From positions 20,902 through 84,901 of the forward strand of contig CALKVA010000008.1 in assembly GCA_937996625.1 (NCBI GenBank): a stretch of 64,000 bases of DNA. The letters run 5' to 3'. Every line of letters begins with the position of its first letter. Position 1 is the stretch's first letter. Below the pieces are notes generated by a model. That model ran no database searches, was not told where the DNA came from, and saw only the letters and a program-made list of their open reading frames with translations. A program made the translations under genes and the position numbers. This DNA is from an uncultured Alphaproteobacteria bacterium (lineage in GTDB: Bacteria > Pseudomonadota > Alphaproteobacteria > Puniceispirillales > Puniceispirillaceae). Of this stretch, positions 1-9,553 are shown piece by piece.

Positions 1-300
1 ATCGATAAGCTGAGAAAAGATAACCGCCCCTTACCTGATTTAAACGATCCTTCATTCTTCCAAATACCCGTAGATAAGAGCGATGATATCTTACAACGCG
101 TTGAAGAAGAGAAAAAAATAACAAATGCGCTAAAAAATTTACCCCCAGAGCAGGCCAAACTAATACTTTCTGCGTATTATGAAGAGAAGTCGCATAGAAA
201 AATCGCTGACGAGACGAATTTACCGCTTGGAACGGTAAAATCCCGCATACGTCTTGCCATTAATCGGTTGCGATCACAATTAGAAGAATTAGAGGGGTAG
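1..300 (+). CDS. ECF-family RNA polymerase sigma factor, C-terminal part (5' end lies outside the window)
   Basis: Frame 1 is open from the window edge to TAG at 298-300. My translation ends ...NLPPEQAKLILSAYYEEKSHRKIADETNLPLGTVKSRIRLAINRLRSQLEELEG, a typical sigma-70 region 4 HTH. A ChrR-type anti-sigma gene starts 10 bp downstream. Confidence 0.8.
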   Translation: MDKLRKDNRPLPDLNDPSFFQIPVDKSDDILQRVEEEKKITNALKNLPPEQAKLILSAYYEEKSHRKIADETNLPLGTVKSRIRLAINRLRSQLEELEG

Positions 301-310
301 GATTATCGCA

Positions 311-967
311 ATGAATAAACAAAACACATTAACATTAGTGGAATCATTGCTAATCGACTACGCAAGTGGAAGCCTGCCTTTGGCACTTGAGGTATTAGTG
401 GAAAGTCACATTTCTATGAATCCTTCCAGCGCAAGATCTATCCGCATGCTTTTGCAAATTGGCGGCGCGTTAATGGAAAATTCTGACCCAATATCGATGT
501 CTGAAGGAAGCTTTAAGAGGCTAATGGACGAAATCGATAGCGGACAAGATGAGGAAATAGCCAAGAGCGAAGTAAGCAATGATAATAACAAATTGCCATT
601 ACCGTTGCGAAATTTCATTTCTGAGGCCACTTTCCCAAAAAACTGGCGCCGAATCGGCATTGGCCTGTCTGAGCAAACTGTCGATTTTGGAGAGGAGTTT
701 GGTAATGCCAAACTTTATCGAATAGCGCCTGGATTCGGTGTTCCAAGCCACTCTCACGATGGAAATGAAGTCTCCCTCGTACTTGCTGGCGGATTTACCG
801 ACGAATACGGATCTTACGGCCCAGGAGATATATCCATTCAAGAGACGGGAGCCGTTCACAAGCCTGTTGCAGATGCGGATGGGGAATGTATTGTGCTTGC
901 CGTTAATGAGGGTCCAATCGTTTTAACAAGTCCGGTTGGCCGCTTATTGAATATGCTCATCAAATAA
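311..967 (+). CDS. ChrR-type anti-sigma factor (N-terminal anti-sigma domain + C-terminal cupin)
   Basis: 218 aa, immediately downstream of the ECF sigma gene. N-terminus LLIDYASGSLPLALEVLVESHISMNPSS resembles the ChrR anti-sigma domain. C-terminus GVPSHSHDGNEVSLVLAGG...GAVHKP is a cupin metal motif. Confidence 0.75.
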   Translation: MNKQNTLTLVESLLIDYASGSLPLALEVLVESHISMNPSSARSIRMLLQIGGALMENSDPISMSEGSFKRLMDEIDSGQDEEIAKSEVSNDNNKLPLPLRNFISEATFPKNWRRIGIGLSEQTVDFGEEFGNAKLYRIAPGFGVPSHSHDGNEVSLVLAGGFTDEYGSYGPGDISIQETGAVHKPVADADGECIVLAVNEGPIVLTSPVGRLLNMLIK

Positions 968-979
968 TTAATGAAAAAA

Positions 980-1001
980 GCACAGCCCAAAAAAGCTGTG
1001 C
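980..1001 (-). terminator. rho-independent terminator downstream of the DUF3429 gene
   Basis: GCACAGC-N8-GCTGTGC hairpin. On the minus-strand RNA it is followed by a U6 tract (A-run 974-979). Confidence 0.6.
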
Positions 1002-1036
1002 CGAATATTCTTCTCATTATGATGAGAAGGTGTGAT

Positions 1037-1519
1037 TTAATGAAGCAACAAGACTGTTAGGCTAAAACAAACAATAAGGGTTAAATTTGTTCGAAGCGGC
1101 TTCATCCAAGACTGCCACGCACCTAGCTTTATGAATCGAATATCAATCACATAAGATATTATAAATCCGGCAATGAGCATCAATGCAGTGTCCTGCCAGA
1201 TATCAGCTAATAAATAAGACGACCAACCAATAAGAGATGGAAGAACTGAATATATCAAAAACCATTTATCAGAGGGTTTGATATCTGGATTGCATGCTAT
1301 CCGTCCCCAATGCAATCCGCCCAGAAAACTTAATATAATCGCACCATATATATGCAATGCTGATGCTGCTAAGGCTGATGCCGCTGGGGTACTGAATGAA
1401 GCGTTCGCTAGCAGCAATATCACAGCCAAGCTTATAAATGGTATTGTACCCGAATACCCTAATATACTTGCCCATTGCTTTAGTGTTTTTTGATCTTTAG
1501 GAATTGAGGTCTGAGCCAT
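1037..1519 (-). CDS. DUF3429-family integral membrane protein
   Basis: 160 aa with about 5 hydrophobic helices and the SFLGGLHWG motif typical of DUF3429. Confidence 0.6.
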   Translation of the reverse strand: MAQTSIPKDQKTLKQWASILGYSGTIPFISLAVILLLANASFSTPAASALAASALHIYGAIILSFLGGLHWGRIACNPDIKPSDKWFLIYSVLPSLIGWSSYLLADIWQDTALMLIAGFIISYVIDIRFIKLGAWQSWMKPLRTNLTLIVCFSLTVLLLH

Positions 1520-1667
1520 GAATAATAATTCTATCTGTTACCGACTTAATGATTGTATATTTTTTACAAATGAAACAATAAAATTTGTGTGACCTTACGT
1601 TAAAAGTAATCTATACGAAATTTATTAATAATAACATTCTGAGCTTTTAGTCTTATCTGGAGTAATA

Positions 1668-2897
1668 ATGGCAGATTCATCCATAAAAAAAGTCGTTCTT
1701 GCATATTCAGGAGGTCTTGATACCTCGGTAATTCTAAAATGGCTACAAACCCATTATAATTGTGAGGTTATAACATTCACCGCAGATATAGGTCAGGGTG
1801 AGGATATCACGCAGGTAAAAAGCAAAGCAGAATTACATGGCGTGAAGCATATTTTTATTGAAGATCTGCGTGAAGAATTTGTATCAGATTATGTTTTTCC
1901 AATGTTTCGTGCCAATGCGCTTTATGAGGGCGAATATCTACTTGGAACCTCTATCGCAAGACCCCTGATAGCAAAGCGCCAAATTGAAATCGCACGTGAG
2001 CTAGGGGCAGACGCGGTATCTCACGGCGCAACTGGAAAAGGAAATGATCAAGTTCGATTTGAACTTGGATATTATGCCCTGCATCCTAATATTAAAGTAA
2101 TTTCGCCTTGGCGAGAATGGAATCTCACCTCAAGAACTAAGCTAATAGATTATGCAGAGAGACATCAAATACCAGTTCCAACAGATAAGAGAGGCGAAGC
2201 TCCTTTTTCTGTTGATGCTAATCTTTTACATATCTCTGCTGAAGGCAAAGTGCTGGAAGACCCCAACATTCCAGCGGAGGAGTATGTATTCTCGCGCACG
2301 GTCGACCCGTCAGATGCTCCAGATACCGCTGAAGAAATTAAAATACAATTTGCCGCCGGCGATCCAATAGCAATAAACGATACTATGATGTCTCCTGCTG
2401 AATTGCTAGCTCGCTTAAATGAGCTGGGAGGCAAGCATGGAATAGGCAGATTAGACCTTGTCGAAAACAGGTTTGTTGGGATGAAATCAAGGGGCGTTTA
2501 TGAAACTCCTGGAGGCACTATTCTGCTTAAAGCAAGGAGAGCTATGGAATCCATTACGCTTGACCGCGGAGCAGCTCATCTTAAGGATTCATTGATGCCT
2601 AAATATGCTGAGCTAATTTATAATGGATTCTGGTTTTCTCCTGAAAGAGAAATGCTTCAAGCTGCGATAGACCATAGCCAGACCTCCGTAAACGGAGAGG
2701 TTAGGCTAAAACTCTATAAGGGCAACATTATAATGTTGGGACGCAATTCACCAAATTCTCTTTATTCTGAAGATCTTGTGACGTTTGAAGAGGGTACCGC
2801 TGACTATAATCATAGTGATGCAGAGGGATTCATAAAATTGAATGCGCTTCGATTACGTGTTGCTGAGATGGTCAGGCAAAAAAATCACAAAAATTAA
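1668..2897 (+). CDS. argG: argininosuccinate synthase
   Basis: 409 aa. N-terminal [11 protein letters not shown]-loop, [32 protein letters not shown]-like GGAG lies before the ATG. Confidence 0.95.
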   Translation: MADSSIKKVVLAYSGGLDTSVILKWLQTHYNCEVITFTADIGQGEDITQVKSKAELHGVKHIFIEDLREEFVSDYVFPMFRANALYEGEYLLGTSIARPLIAKRQIEIARELGADAVSHGATGKGNDQVRFELGYYALHPNIKVISPWREWNLTSRTKLIDYAERHQIPVPTDKRGEAPFSVDANLLHISAEGKVLEDPNIPAEEYVFSRTVDPSDAPDTAEEIKIQFAAGDPIAINDTMMSPAELLARLNELGGKHGIGRLDLVENRFVGMKSRGVYETPGGTILLKARRAMESITLDRGAAHLKDSLMPKYAELIYNGFWFSPEREMLQAAIDHSQTSVNGEVRLKLYKGNIIMLGRNSPNSLYSEDLVTFEEGTADYNHSDAEGFIKLNALRLRVAEMVRQKNHKN

Positions 2898-2902
2898 TTA
2901 TT

Positions 2903-3133
2903 TTAATCATTATCTTTGCATACAGAACCAACTGTTCCATCTTCATTGACCTGTTTAAAATAGACTCTATTTTTAATGATTATTGAATAACCGCTATCAT
3001 GAAGCCCGCCTTCGCATTGCTCGGATACCAGTTCATAAATATGCAAATTATTTGAATGCTCGGAAAATCGTTTAACCTCATCAGACTCGCTAATAATTAA
3101 AAACAAACTAATGAAAATTGCTGCTAGCTCCAT
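2903..3133 (-). CDS. small hypothetical protein with a hydrophobic N-terminus
   Basis: 76-aa ORF with AGGAG 9 nt upstream of its ATG (reverse strand of 3134-3150). N-terminal MELAAIFISLFLIIS hydrophobic segment and two Cys. I recognise no family. Confidence 0.4.
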   Translation of the reverse strand: MELAAIFISLFLIISESDEVKRFSEHSNNLHIYELVSEQCEGGLHDSGYSIIIKNRVYFKQVNEDGTVGSVCKDND

Positions 3134-3219
3134 ATGTTTACGCTCCTAGGCAAATAAAGCTTTGATAAAGTAGCTCTTATCATCTGTATCAAACATGACT
3201 TAATAATGGCTTAATTTAG

Positions 3220-3250
3220 AAAAAAAAAGCACACATTCGAAATGTGTGCT
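3220..3250 (-). terminator. rho-independent terminator of sodB
   Basis: AGCACACATT-cga-AATGTGTGCT perfect 10-bp stem (3228-3250). On the minus strand it is followed by a U-run (A-run 3220-3227). Confidence 0.8.
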
Positions 3251-3277
3251 TTTAATACGTAAAAGAGGCTCCGATTT

Positions 3278-3877
3278 TTACAATCTGCTCGCAACATTTT
3301 CCCAATTTACTAAATTATCTAAAAAGTTGGAGAGATATGCCGGGCGTTTATTACGAAAATCAATATAGTAAGAATGCTCCCAAACATCACAGCCCAACAA
3401 TGCTTTCTGACCAAAGCATAATGGATTAACCCCATTTTCGGTTTTAGTTACCTTCAACGCGCCATCAGCGTCTCTCACAAGCCAGCACCAGCCAGAACCA
3501 AATTGACCGGCACCTGCCGCAGTAAATGCTTCTTTAAATGCATTTACGCTTCCAAAACTCTCATTAACAGCAGCTTCAAGTTCAGACGGCATACCCGTAT
3601 TTGAAGGGCCCATCATTTCCCAGAATTGCATGTGATTCCAATGTTGTGACGCATTATTAAATATTCCACTCTGTGCAACCGCACCAGCTTCATAAGTGCC
3701 AATAATAATGGATTCAAGCGTTTCAGATTCCCATTTGGTACCAGCAATTAATTTATTTCCATTATCAACATACGCCTTATGATGTAAATCATGATGATAT
3801 TCGAGCGTTTCTGCACTCATGCCATGTTGAGCTAACGCATCATGCGTATAGGGAAGATCGGGAAGTTCAAAAGCCAT
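3278..3877 (-). CDS. sodB: superoxide dismutase, Fe type
   Basis: FELPDLPY...HHDLHHKAYV, QHWNH, DVWEHSYYIDFRNKRPAYL. The ORF extends to 3889, but the conserved N-terminus starts at the MAFELP Met (3877). Confidence 0.9.
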   Translation of the reverse strand: MAFELPDLPYTHDALAQHGMSAETLEYHHDLHHKAYVDNGNKLIAGTKWESETLESIIIGTYEAGAVAQSGIFNNASQHWNHMQFWEMMGPSNTGMPSELEAAVNESFGSVNAFKEAFTAAGAGQFGSGWCWLVRDADGALKVTKTENGVNPLCFGQKALLGCDVWEHSYYIDFRNKRPAYLSNFLDNLVNWENVASRL

Positions 3878-4060
3878 TTCAGTCTCCATAAATTAAATTA
3901 ATATCCTTTATTTAGGCTAAAAACAGGTAAAAGCCAAACCATCTCATTAAATATATTTTAGTATAGAAGATTTTCTATGGCTAGCATATGATTTGATGTG
4001 TGTTGCGACACGGTTTTAAACCATTATTAATACCATTAATTCAAACAAGGCTTACTCCCA

Positions 4061-4654
4061 ATGACATCTGACCATAATTTATTCGCGCACCATATGTTTA
4101 TAGAACCCTTTTTGGGGCAAACACCAAACATCAATGAAACAGCCTTTATTGCCAAGTCAGCTGCGATAATTGGTGCAGTGAAAATTGGCGAGGATTGCTC
4201 AATCTGGCATCACACCACTATCAGGGGAGATGCTAATTACGTCATAATTGGAAAAGGCACTAACCTTCAGGATAACAGCGTAGTGCATATTGATTCAGCA
4301 CGCTTTCCAACGATAATCGGGGATTATGTGACTATTGGCCATTCTGCTATTATCCATGCCTGCACTCTTGAGAATCATAGCTTTATTGGAATGGGTGCAA
4401 TTATTATGGATGGCGCTGTTGTTAACAGCTATTCAATGGTTGCTGCTGGCGCACTTGTGACGCCTGGAAAAAATGTACCGCGCGGGGAATTATGGGCAGG
4501 CTCTCCTGCCAAAAAAATGCGGGACTTAACGACAGATGAATTTAAGATGATTGAGACCTCTGCAGAACGATATATCGAAGTGGGAAGAGCCTCAAAAACA
4601 GGTAATATAGCAGACCCGCCTACCCATTTTTCAGTTAAACCGATTCCAGATTAA
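4061..4654 (+). CDS. gamma-carbonic-anhydrase / hexapeptide-repeat (LbH) family protein
   Basis: 197 aa with repeated hexapeptide pattern. IWHHTTIRGDANYVIIGKGTNLQDNSVVH resembles YrdA/PaaY-type gamma-CA proteins. Confidence 0.8.
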   Translation: MTSDHNLFAHHMFIEPFLGQTPNINETAFIAKSAAIIGAVKIGEDCSIWHHTTIRGDANYVIIGKGTNLQDNSVVHIDSARFPTIIGDYVTIGHSAIIHACTLENHSFIGMGAIIMDGAVVNSYSMVAAGALVTPGKNVPRGELWAGSPAKKMRDLTTDEFKMIETSAERYIEVGRASKTGNIADPPTHFSVKPIPD

Positions 4655-4700
4655 TTTGTAGCAATGAGGCCTTTGGCAATCATATAATATTATAGCTATT

Positions 4701-5546
4701 TCAGGATAAAATCCCAAAACCACCTGCCATCAGGCCTGAATAAGCAAGGTGCACACCAACGATAGATAATACAATTCCAAATATTTTTCGAAGTTTTTTT
4801 CGATTAATTTTATCCGCGGTTTTAGCCCCTAAAGCTGCCATAAAAAAAGAAGTGGCTGAAAGGCATACCACCCCTGGAAGCCAAACAAAACCAAGCGAAT
4901 AGGTAGGCCTGCCTGGCATATCTAACCCCATTACAACAAAACTAGCCATACCCGGAATAGCAATAACCAATCCAATTAGAGCGGCTGTTCCGACAGCCCT
5001 ATGCATCGTCCAGCCAAATGAGGTAAGAGCCGGAACCATAAGAGAGCCACCCCCAATTCCAACGAGTGATGATAACAGCCCGACTATACCGCCAATAACA
5101 GCCCTGAAAATATGTTTTGGCAGACCATCTCTTATTACAATAATCTTGATAAGAAATATAAATCCAAAAATTATGCACAACAAGCCAAACAGGATCTTTA
5201 AAGAAGAATTATCCAAGAAACGTGCAACTATTGCGCCGCCACAGGCCCCAATAAACACAAATAAAGCAAGCTTCCTTACGACAGAAAAATCAACATTACC
5301 AAGAGTCATGTGCGTTCTGGCAGATAATATGGATGTTGGAATAATTACAGCTAAAGATGTCCCTATAGCGGAATGCATTGCGGTTATTACGTCTGGCTGC
5401 GTTTGCATAATGATATAGGAAACTGCTGGCACCATAACAATACCGCCGCCAACACCTAATAGGCCTGCAACAAATCCTGCAGAAACACCAGTAAGCAATA
5501 AAACAACCGCTATTCCAGCAGTGTTACCAAGAAACAGATCGAGCAT
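4701..5546 (-). CDS. TauE/SafE-family anion (sulfite/organosulfonate-type) permease
   Basis: Polytopic membrane protein with duplicated GxGGG motifs (LLGVGGGIVMVP, LVGIGGGSLMVP). The ORF extends to 5624, but the Met at 5546 (MLDLFLG) fits family length better. Confidence 0.75.
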   Translation of the reverse strand: MLDLFLGNTAGIAVVLLLTGVSAGFVAGLLGVGGGIVMVPAVSYIIMQTQPDVITAMHSAIGTSLAVIIPTSILSARTHMTLGNVDFSVVRKLALFVFIGACGGAIVARFLDNSSLKILFGLLCIIFGFIFLIKIIVIRDGLPKHIFRAVIGGIVGLLSSLVGIGGGSLMVPALTSFGWTMHRAVGTAALIGLVIAIPGMASFVVMGLDMPGRPTYSLGFVWLPGVVCLSATSFFMAALGAKTADKINRKKLRKIFGIVLSIVGVHLAYSGLMAGGFGILS

Positions 5547-5665
5547 TTTGCTCCTTTGCCAAGAAAACAGGCTGCCTATTAAGGATATATATAAAGCGCA
5601 GCTAACATTCATATAACAACTCATTCGTTGCTATAAAAAGTATTAAATCATAAATTTTATTATTA

Positions 5666-6529
5666 TTATCTTAGCAGGCGAATAAGAGAAGAGGTATCAT
5701 TTCTTCCATATCCTTGATTTGACAGTCGCGCATAAAATTGTGCAACAAGGGCTGTGATTGGCAATTCTGCGCCATTACCTTCTGCTTCATCCATACATAT
5801 TCTAAGATCTTTGCACATCCAGTCTACTGCAAATCCAAAATCAAACTCATCATCCAGCATCGTATTCCCGCGATTTTCCATCTGCCATGACTGAGCAGCA
5901 CCGCCAGCTATTAAATCTAATGCGCTATTCATATCAAGACCTGCCTTCTGACCAAAATTGAGTGCCTCCGACAAACCTTGTACCAGCCCTGCTATACAGA
6001 TTTGATTAACCATTTTGGTGAGTTGTCCTGAACCGGACGGGCCCATCAGTGTGATTTTTTTACTATAACAGCTCATGACCGGTTGTGCTTTGTGAAAAGC
6101 ATCTTTGCTGCCCCCACACATAATGGTAAGTGTTCCGTTTTCGGCGCCAGCCTGACCGCCAGATACAGGCGCATCTATAAACCCTATTTGATTATCCATT
6201 GCCTTATCTGCTAACTTACGTGAAACAGACGCAGACGCTGTTGTGTGATCAACAAACAAACTCTGGGGCTTCATTGCGCTAAATGCCCCTTGGTTGGAAG
6301 TAGTAATCTCCGTTATATCTGCATTATCGCCAACACAGGCAAATACGATATCTGCACCCTTGGAAGCATCTGCCGGACTAGATGCTATTTTTGCGTTAAA
6401 TTCTGAGATGAATTTTTCTGCCTTAGACTGGGTTCGATTATATACCACAACTTCGTTGCCATCTTGAACCAGATGGCGCGCCATTGGAAAACCCATGACA
6501 CCCAAACCCAAAAAAGCTATTTTCGCCAT
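5666..6529 (-). CDS. NAD(P)-dependent oxidoreductase, 3-hydroxyisobutyrate dehydrogenase (HIBADH) family
   Basis: 287 aa. N-terminal Rossmann IAFLGLGVMGFPMARHL, family signature GSGQLTKMVNQ. Lies directly upstream of and co-directional with a TauE gene. Confidence 0.85.
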   Translation of the reverse strand: MAKIAFLGLGVMGFPMARHLVQDGNEVVVYNRTQSKAEKFISEFNAKIASSPADASKGADIVFACVGDNADITEITTSNQGAFSAMKPQSLFVDHTTASASVSRKLADKAMDNQIGFIDAPVSGGQAGAENGTLTIMCGGSKDAFHKAQPVMSCYSKKITLMGPSGSGQLTKMVNQICIAGLVQGLSEALNFGQKAGLDMNSALDLIAGGAAQSWQMENRGNTMLDDEFDFGFAVDWMCKDLRICMDEAEGNGAELPITALVAQFYARLSNQGYGRNDTSSLIRLLR

Positions 6530-6704
6530 ATTATATCTCTTTTTTTCACTCTATTAAATTTTAGAATTTTGTTATTCAATCAAATCTACGATAAGATTAA
6601 ACCGTATTAAATGTTTTGCCAATCTATCACTGTTCTTGCTGGTTTTTAGTCTCAAAACACGGTAGAATATATCTGTTTGTAAATTAAAATATTAGCAGAG
6701 AATT

Positions 6705-7247
6705 ATGGCCGTACTTGTAACAGGTGAAAAACTTGAAATCCTGATAACGGAAGCTGAGATTGCCTCCAGAATTAATACATTGGCAGAACAAATCAGCATA
6801 GCTTATGAGCAGACAAATCAACTTGTTGTAATCGGTCTATTAAGAGGTTCCTTTGTATTTATCGCGGATTTGGTGAGGTGCCTTGATTTGCCTGTAGAGG
6901 TGGATTTTATGACTGTTTCAAGCTATGGAAATAAAATGAAATCATCAGGACAATTACGCATTATTAAAGATGTAGAAACAGACCTAAAAAACAGAGATAT
7001 CCTTATAATTGAGGATATAATCGATACAGGGCATACCTTATCGCAAGTAATTAGTCTGCTGGAGACAAGAAAACCACAATCCCTTCGAATTTGCACATTA
7101 CTCAACAAGCCATCACGAAGAGAGGTCGATGTAGATATAGATTGGGTTGGATTTGATATTCCAGATGAATTTGTTATTGGATATGGCATAGATTACGCAC
7201 AACAAGGCCGAAATCTACAACATATTGCGATCGTAAAAAAGCCTTGA
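6705..7247 (+). CDS. hpt: hypoxanthine phosphoribosyltransferase
   Basis: 180 aa. PRPP-binding loop ILIIEDIIDTGHTL, C-terminal VIGYGIDYAQ. Confidence 0.9.
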   Translation: MAVLVTGEKLEILITEAEIASRINTLAEQISIAYEQTNQLVVIGLLRGSFVFIADLVRCLDLPVEVDFMTVSSYGNKMKSSGQLRIIKDVETDLKNRDILIIEDIIDTGHTLSQVISLLETRKPQSLRICTLLNKPSRREVDVDIDWVGFDIPDEFVIGYGIDYAQQGRNLQHIAIVKKP

Positions 7248-7288
7248 CCCAGAGCGCAAAACATATCGCCCCAAAATACGTGTATTAT

Positions 7289-8290
7289 CTAGCTTGCATC
7301 CTTAACATTAACAACTAATCTGCCAAATGTGTTTCCAACAAGGATATCTTTTCCGGCCTGAATCGTATCCAAAAGCGATATCTCAGTGGTTATCAGCGAA
7401 AGCTTCTCGGTTGGCAAATCACTGGATAAACGCTCCCATGCCCGAATACGTTTCGGTATTGCCTTACTAGCTGAATCAATTCCAATTAGTTTAATACCTC
7501 TAAGCAAGAATGGAATAACGGTTGCAGGAAGTGAAGAATCCCCCGCATTTCCAATAGCAGAAACTGCAGTTTCATGCTTCATTTGGGCTAGTATACGTGC
7601 AAGCGTTACGCCGCCCACACTATCAATACACCCCCCCCAAACAGCAGATTCAAGCACCTTATTTAACGGCTCTTGCAAAGTTTTCCTGTCGATAATTGTG
7701 GTTGCTCCCAATTGTTTAAGAAAGGGGGTGTTTTTCTCAACATCCCCGGTGGAAGCGCTCACTTCATAGCCAAGCGAAGAGAGCACTGCAACTGCGATAG
7801 AGCCGACACCGCCCGTAGCACCAGTAACTAAAACAGGTCCATTTTCAGGGGTCATCCCATTATCCTCTAACTCGATTATACCAAGCATGGAAGTAAGCCC
7901 TGCTGTGCCAATCGCCATAGCTTGTTTTAGAGACATCTGTTCTGGGAGTGGTACCAGCCATTCTGCCTTTACTCGTGCTTTTTGACTATATCCACCAAAC
8001 CAAACCTCACCCACACGCCAGCCTGTATTAATTACTTTATCTCCTGGACTAAAACGAGGATCATCGCTCTCCAACACAATGCCAGAAAAATCAATCCCAG
8101 GTATATGCGGATATTCACGCACCAACCTGCCCTTTCCATTAAGACATAGACCATCCTTGAAATTCACATCCGAATAATGAACCTCAATTGTCACATTCCC
8201 ATCAGCAGGAAGTTGCGATTCATCAACATCAGAAATATGTGCAGATATCGTCTCATCTTCTGCCTTATTAACAATAATTGCTTTAAACAT
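7289..8290 (-). CDS. acuI: YhdH/AcuI-family NADPH-dependent acrylyl-CoA reductase (MDR superfamily)
   Basis: 333 aa, colinear by eye with E. coli YhdH (VHYSDVNFKDGL, IPGIDFSG, LVTGATGGVGS, LLRGIKLIGIDS). Confidence 0.75.
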   Translation of the reverse strand: MFKAIIVNKAEDETISAHISDVDESQLPADGNVTIEVHYSDVNFKDGLCLNGKGRLVREYPHIPGIDFSGIVLESDDPRFSPGDKVINTGWRVGEVWFGGYSQKARVKAEWLVPLPEQMSLKQAMAIGTAGLTSMLGIIELEDNGMTPENGPVLVTGATGGVGSIAVAVLSSLGYEVSASTGDVEKNTPFLKQLGATTIIDRKTLQEPLNKVLESAVWGGCIDSVGGVTLARILAQMKHETAVSAIGNAGDSSLPATVIPFLLRGIKLIGIDSASKAIPKRIRAWERLSSDLPTEKLSLITTEISLLDTIQAGKDILVGNTFGRLVVNVKDAS

Positions 8291-8427
8291 GGGCTATATT
8301 CCTTTTTAAAATCCTGCTATGATTCTGAGGCGAAAATTATAGTTTCAAGTAAATAAATCAGGCAATAGATAAATTGTTTTTCAAGAGTTTAATTTTAAGA
8401 CTAGTAAACAAAATATGGAGACACCCA

Positions 8428-8829
8428 ATGTTTCAAGAAGTCACTCCACTTGTAGCCTATAAACGATTAACAGAAAACAAAGATGCTATGTTAATTGACT
8501 GCCGAACTGAGAGAGAATGGGAAATTATAGGTGTTCCAGATTTGTCTGAAATTAATAAATCATTGGTGAAAATCGAACTTATGCGTCAGGATCAATCTGT
8601 AAATCCTGCTTTTGTCGAACAGATTACAGAGGTTGCACAACAAGATACACCCTTATATTTGATATGCAGATCTGGCGCGCGGTCTGCTGCTGCTTGCCAG
8701 ATGCTTCTGAAAGCAGGGTTTATAGATGTTACAAACGTAGCCGAGGGGTTTGAGGGAAATTCACAAAATAAGGATAGCCCAGTAATCATTGAAGGATGGC
8801 AGTCCCATAATCTGCCTTGGCAAAAATAA
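8428..8829 (+). CDS. rhodanese-domain protein
   Basis: The ATG at 8428 is preceded by GGAG. Active-site loop LICRSGARS. The ORF-track start at 8374 is a TTG without an SD. Confidence 0.75.
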   Translation: MFQEVTPLVAYKRLTENKDAMLIDCRTEREWEIIGVPDLSEINKSLVKIELMRQDQSVNPAFVEQITEVAQQDTPLYLICRSGARSAAACQMLLKAGFIDVTNVAEGFEGNSQNKDSPVIIEGWQSHNLPWQK

Positions 8830-8936
8830 CCGCCCCTATTAAAAACCCTAAACAGGGTTGGCTCACTAAACTACCTGTTTTAAAAAAAATTCCCTGCATC
8901 TTGCTTTTTTTGCGTTCAGGTTCATGTTTAATTATT

Positions 8937-9536
8937 ATGAGCTTTGTTACTTATTTTTCCGCAGTTAAAACGTTGATGCCCCAAATACTAGTAGGACTTT
9001 GTTTTTCCGCTGTATTTTTATTCGCCCTTAATACTGCAAATGCTGACCAAAGAGATCCTGAGTTAGACATTTTATTCTCAAAGCTTAAATCTGCTGAAAC
9101 AATCGAAGACGCAGAACAGATTTCGGGCAGAATTTGGCAAATATGGGCCACCCATAATGCGAGTTCAATATTAAGTAGACAAATGCAGATGGGCATTGAT
9201 TTAATGCAATCTGGCCAGCTAGATGCCGCCAATGCAGTGTTTAGTTATGTAATCCAGCAAGATAATGAATTTGCTGAGGCGTGGAATAAACGCGCCACTG
9301 TTTTATTCTTCATGGGTGAGTTTGAAAGAGCAAAATATGACATCGCCCAGACACTTGCATTAGAGCGTAATCATTTTGGCGCGCTTGCTGGCCTTGGTAT
9401 GGTGGAAGTGCACCTTGGCAATCCCAAAGCAGCCCTTGAAGCCTATCGTCGTGCCGCATCTATAAACCCGCACCTACAAGACGTTCAACAAGCAATTTCT
9501 AGATTAGAAGAGAAGCTCAAAGGGCTTCCTGCCTAA
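8937..9536 (+). CDS. secreted or membrane-anchored TPR-repeat protein
   Basis: Hydrophobic signal-like N-terminus from the Met at 8937 (MSFVTYFSAVKTLMPQILVGLCFSAVFLFAL). TPR-like repeats (AEAWNKRATVLFFMGEFERAKYD...). The longer ORF from 8817 overlaps the rhodanese gene. Confidence 0.65.
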   Translation: MSFVTYFSAVKTLMPQILVGLCFSAVFLFALNTANADQRDPELDILFSKLKSAETIEDAEQISGRIWQIWATHNASSILSRQMQMGIDLMQSGQLDAANAVFSYVIQQDNEFAEAWNKRATVLFFMGEFERAKYDIAQTLALERNHFGALAGLGMVEVHLGNPKAALEAYRRAASINPHLQDVQQAISRLEEKLKGLPA

Positions 9537-9553
9537 TACCCTTATTTTTCAAC

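Noticed and set aside
406-926. ORFs 406-711(-), 599-859(-) and 738-926(+) overlapping the ChrR-like gene
   Set aside because: The ChrR-like frame has recognisable ASD and cupin motifs and the expected sigma-coupled position. The others are short overlapping shadows.
5547-5624. N-terminal extension of the first TauE ORF, and similar extensions at 3878-3889, 8374-8427, 8817-8936 and 41942-41980
   Set aside because: The extensions lack SD support, overlap neighbouring genes or add non-family residues. Internal ATG starts with better context were preferred.
7386-7769. 127-aa plus-strand ORF
   Set aside because: It is antisense to the acuI/yhdH-like gene, which is colinear with a known family.
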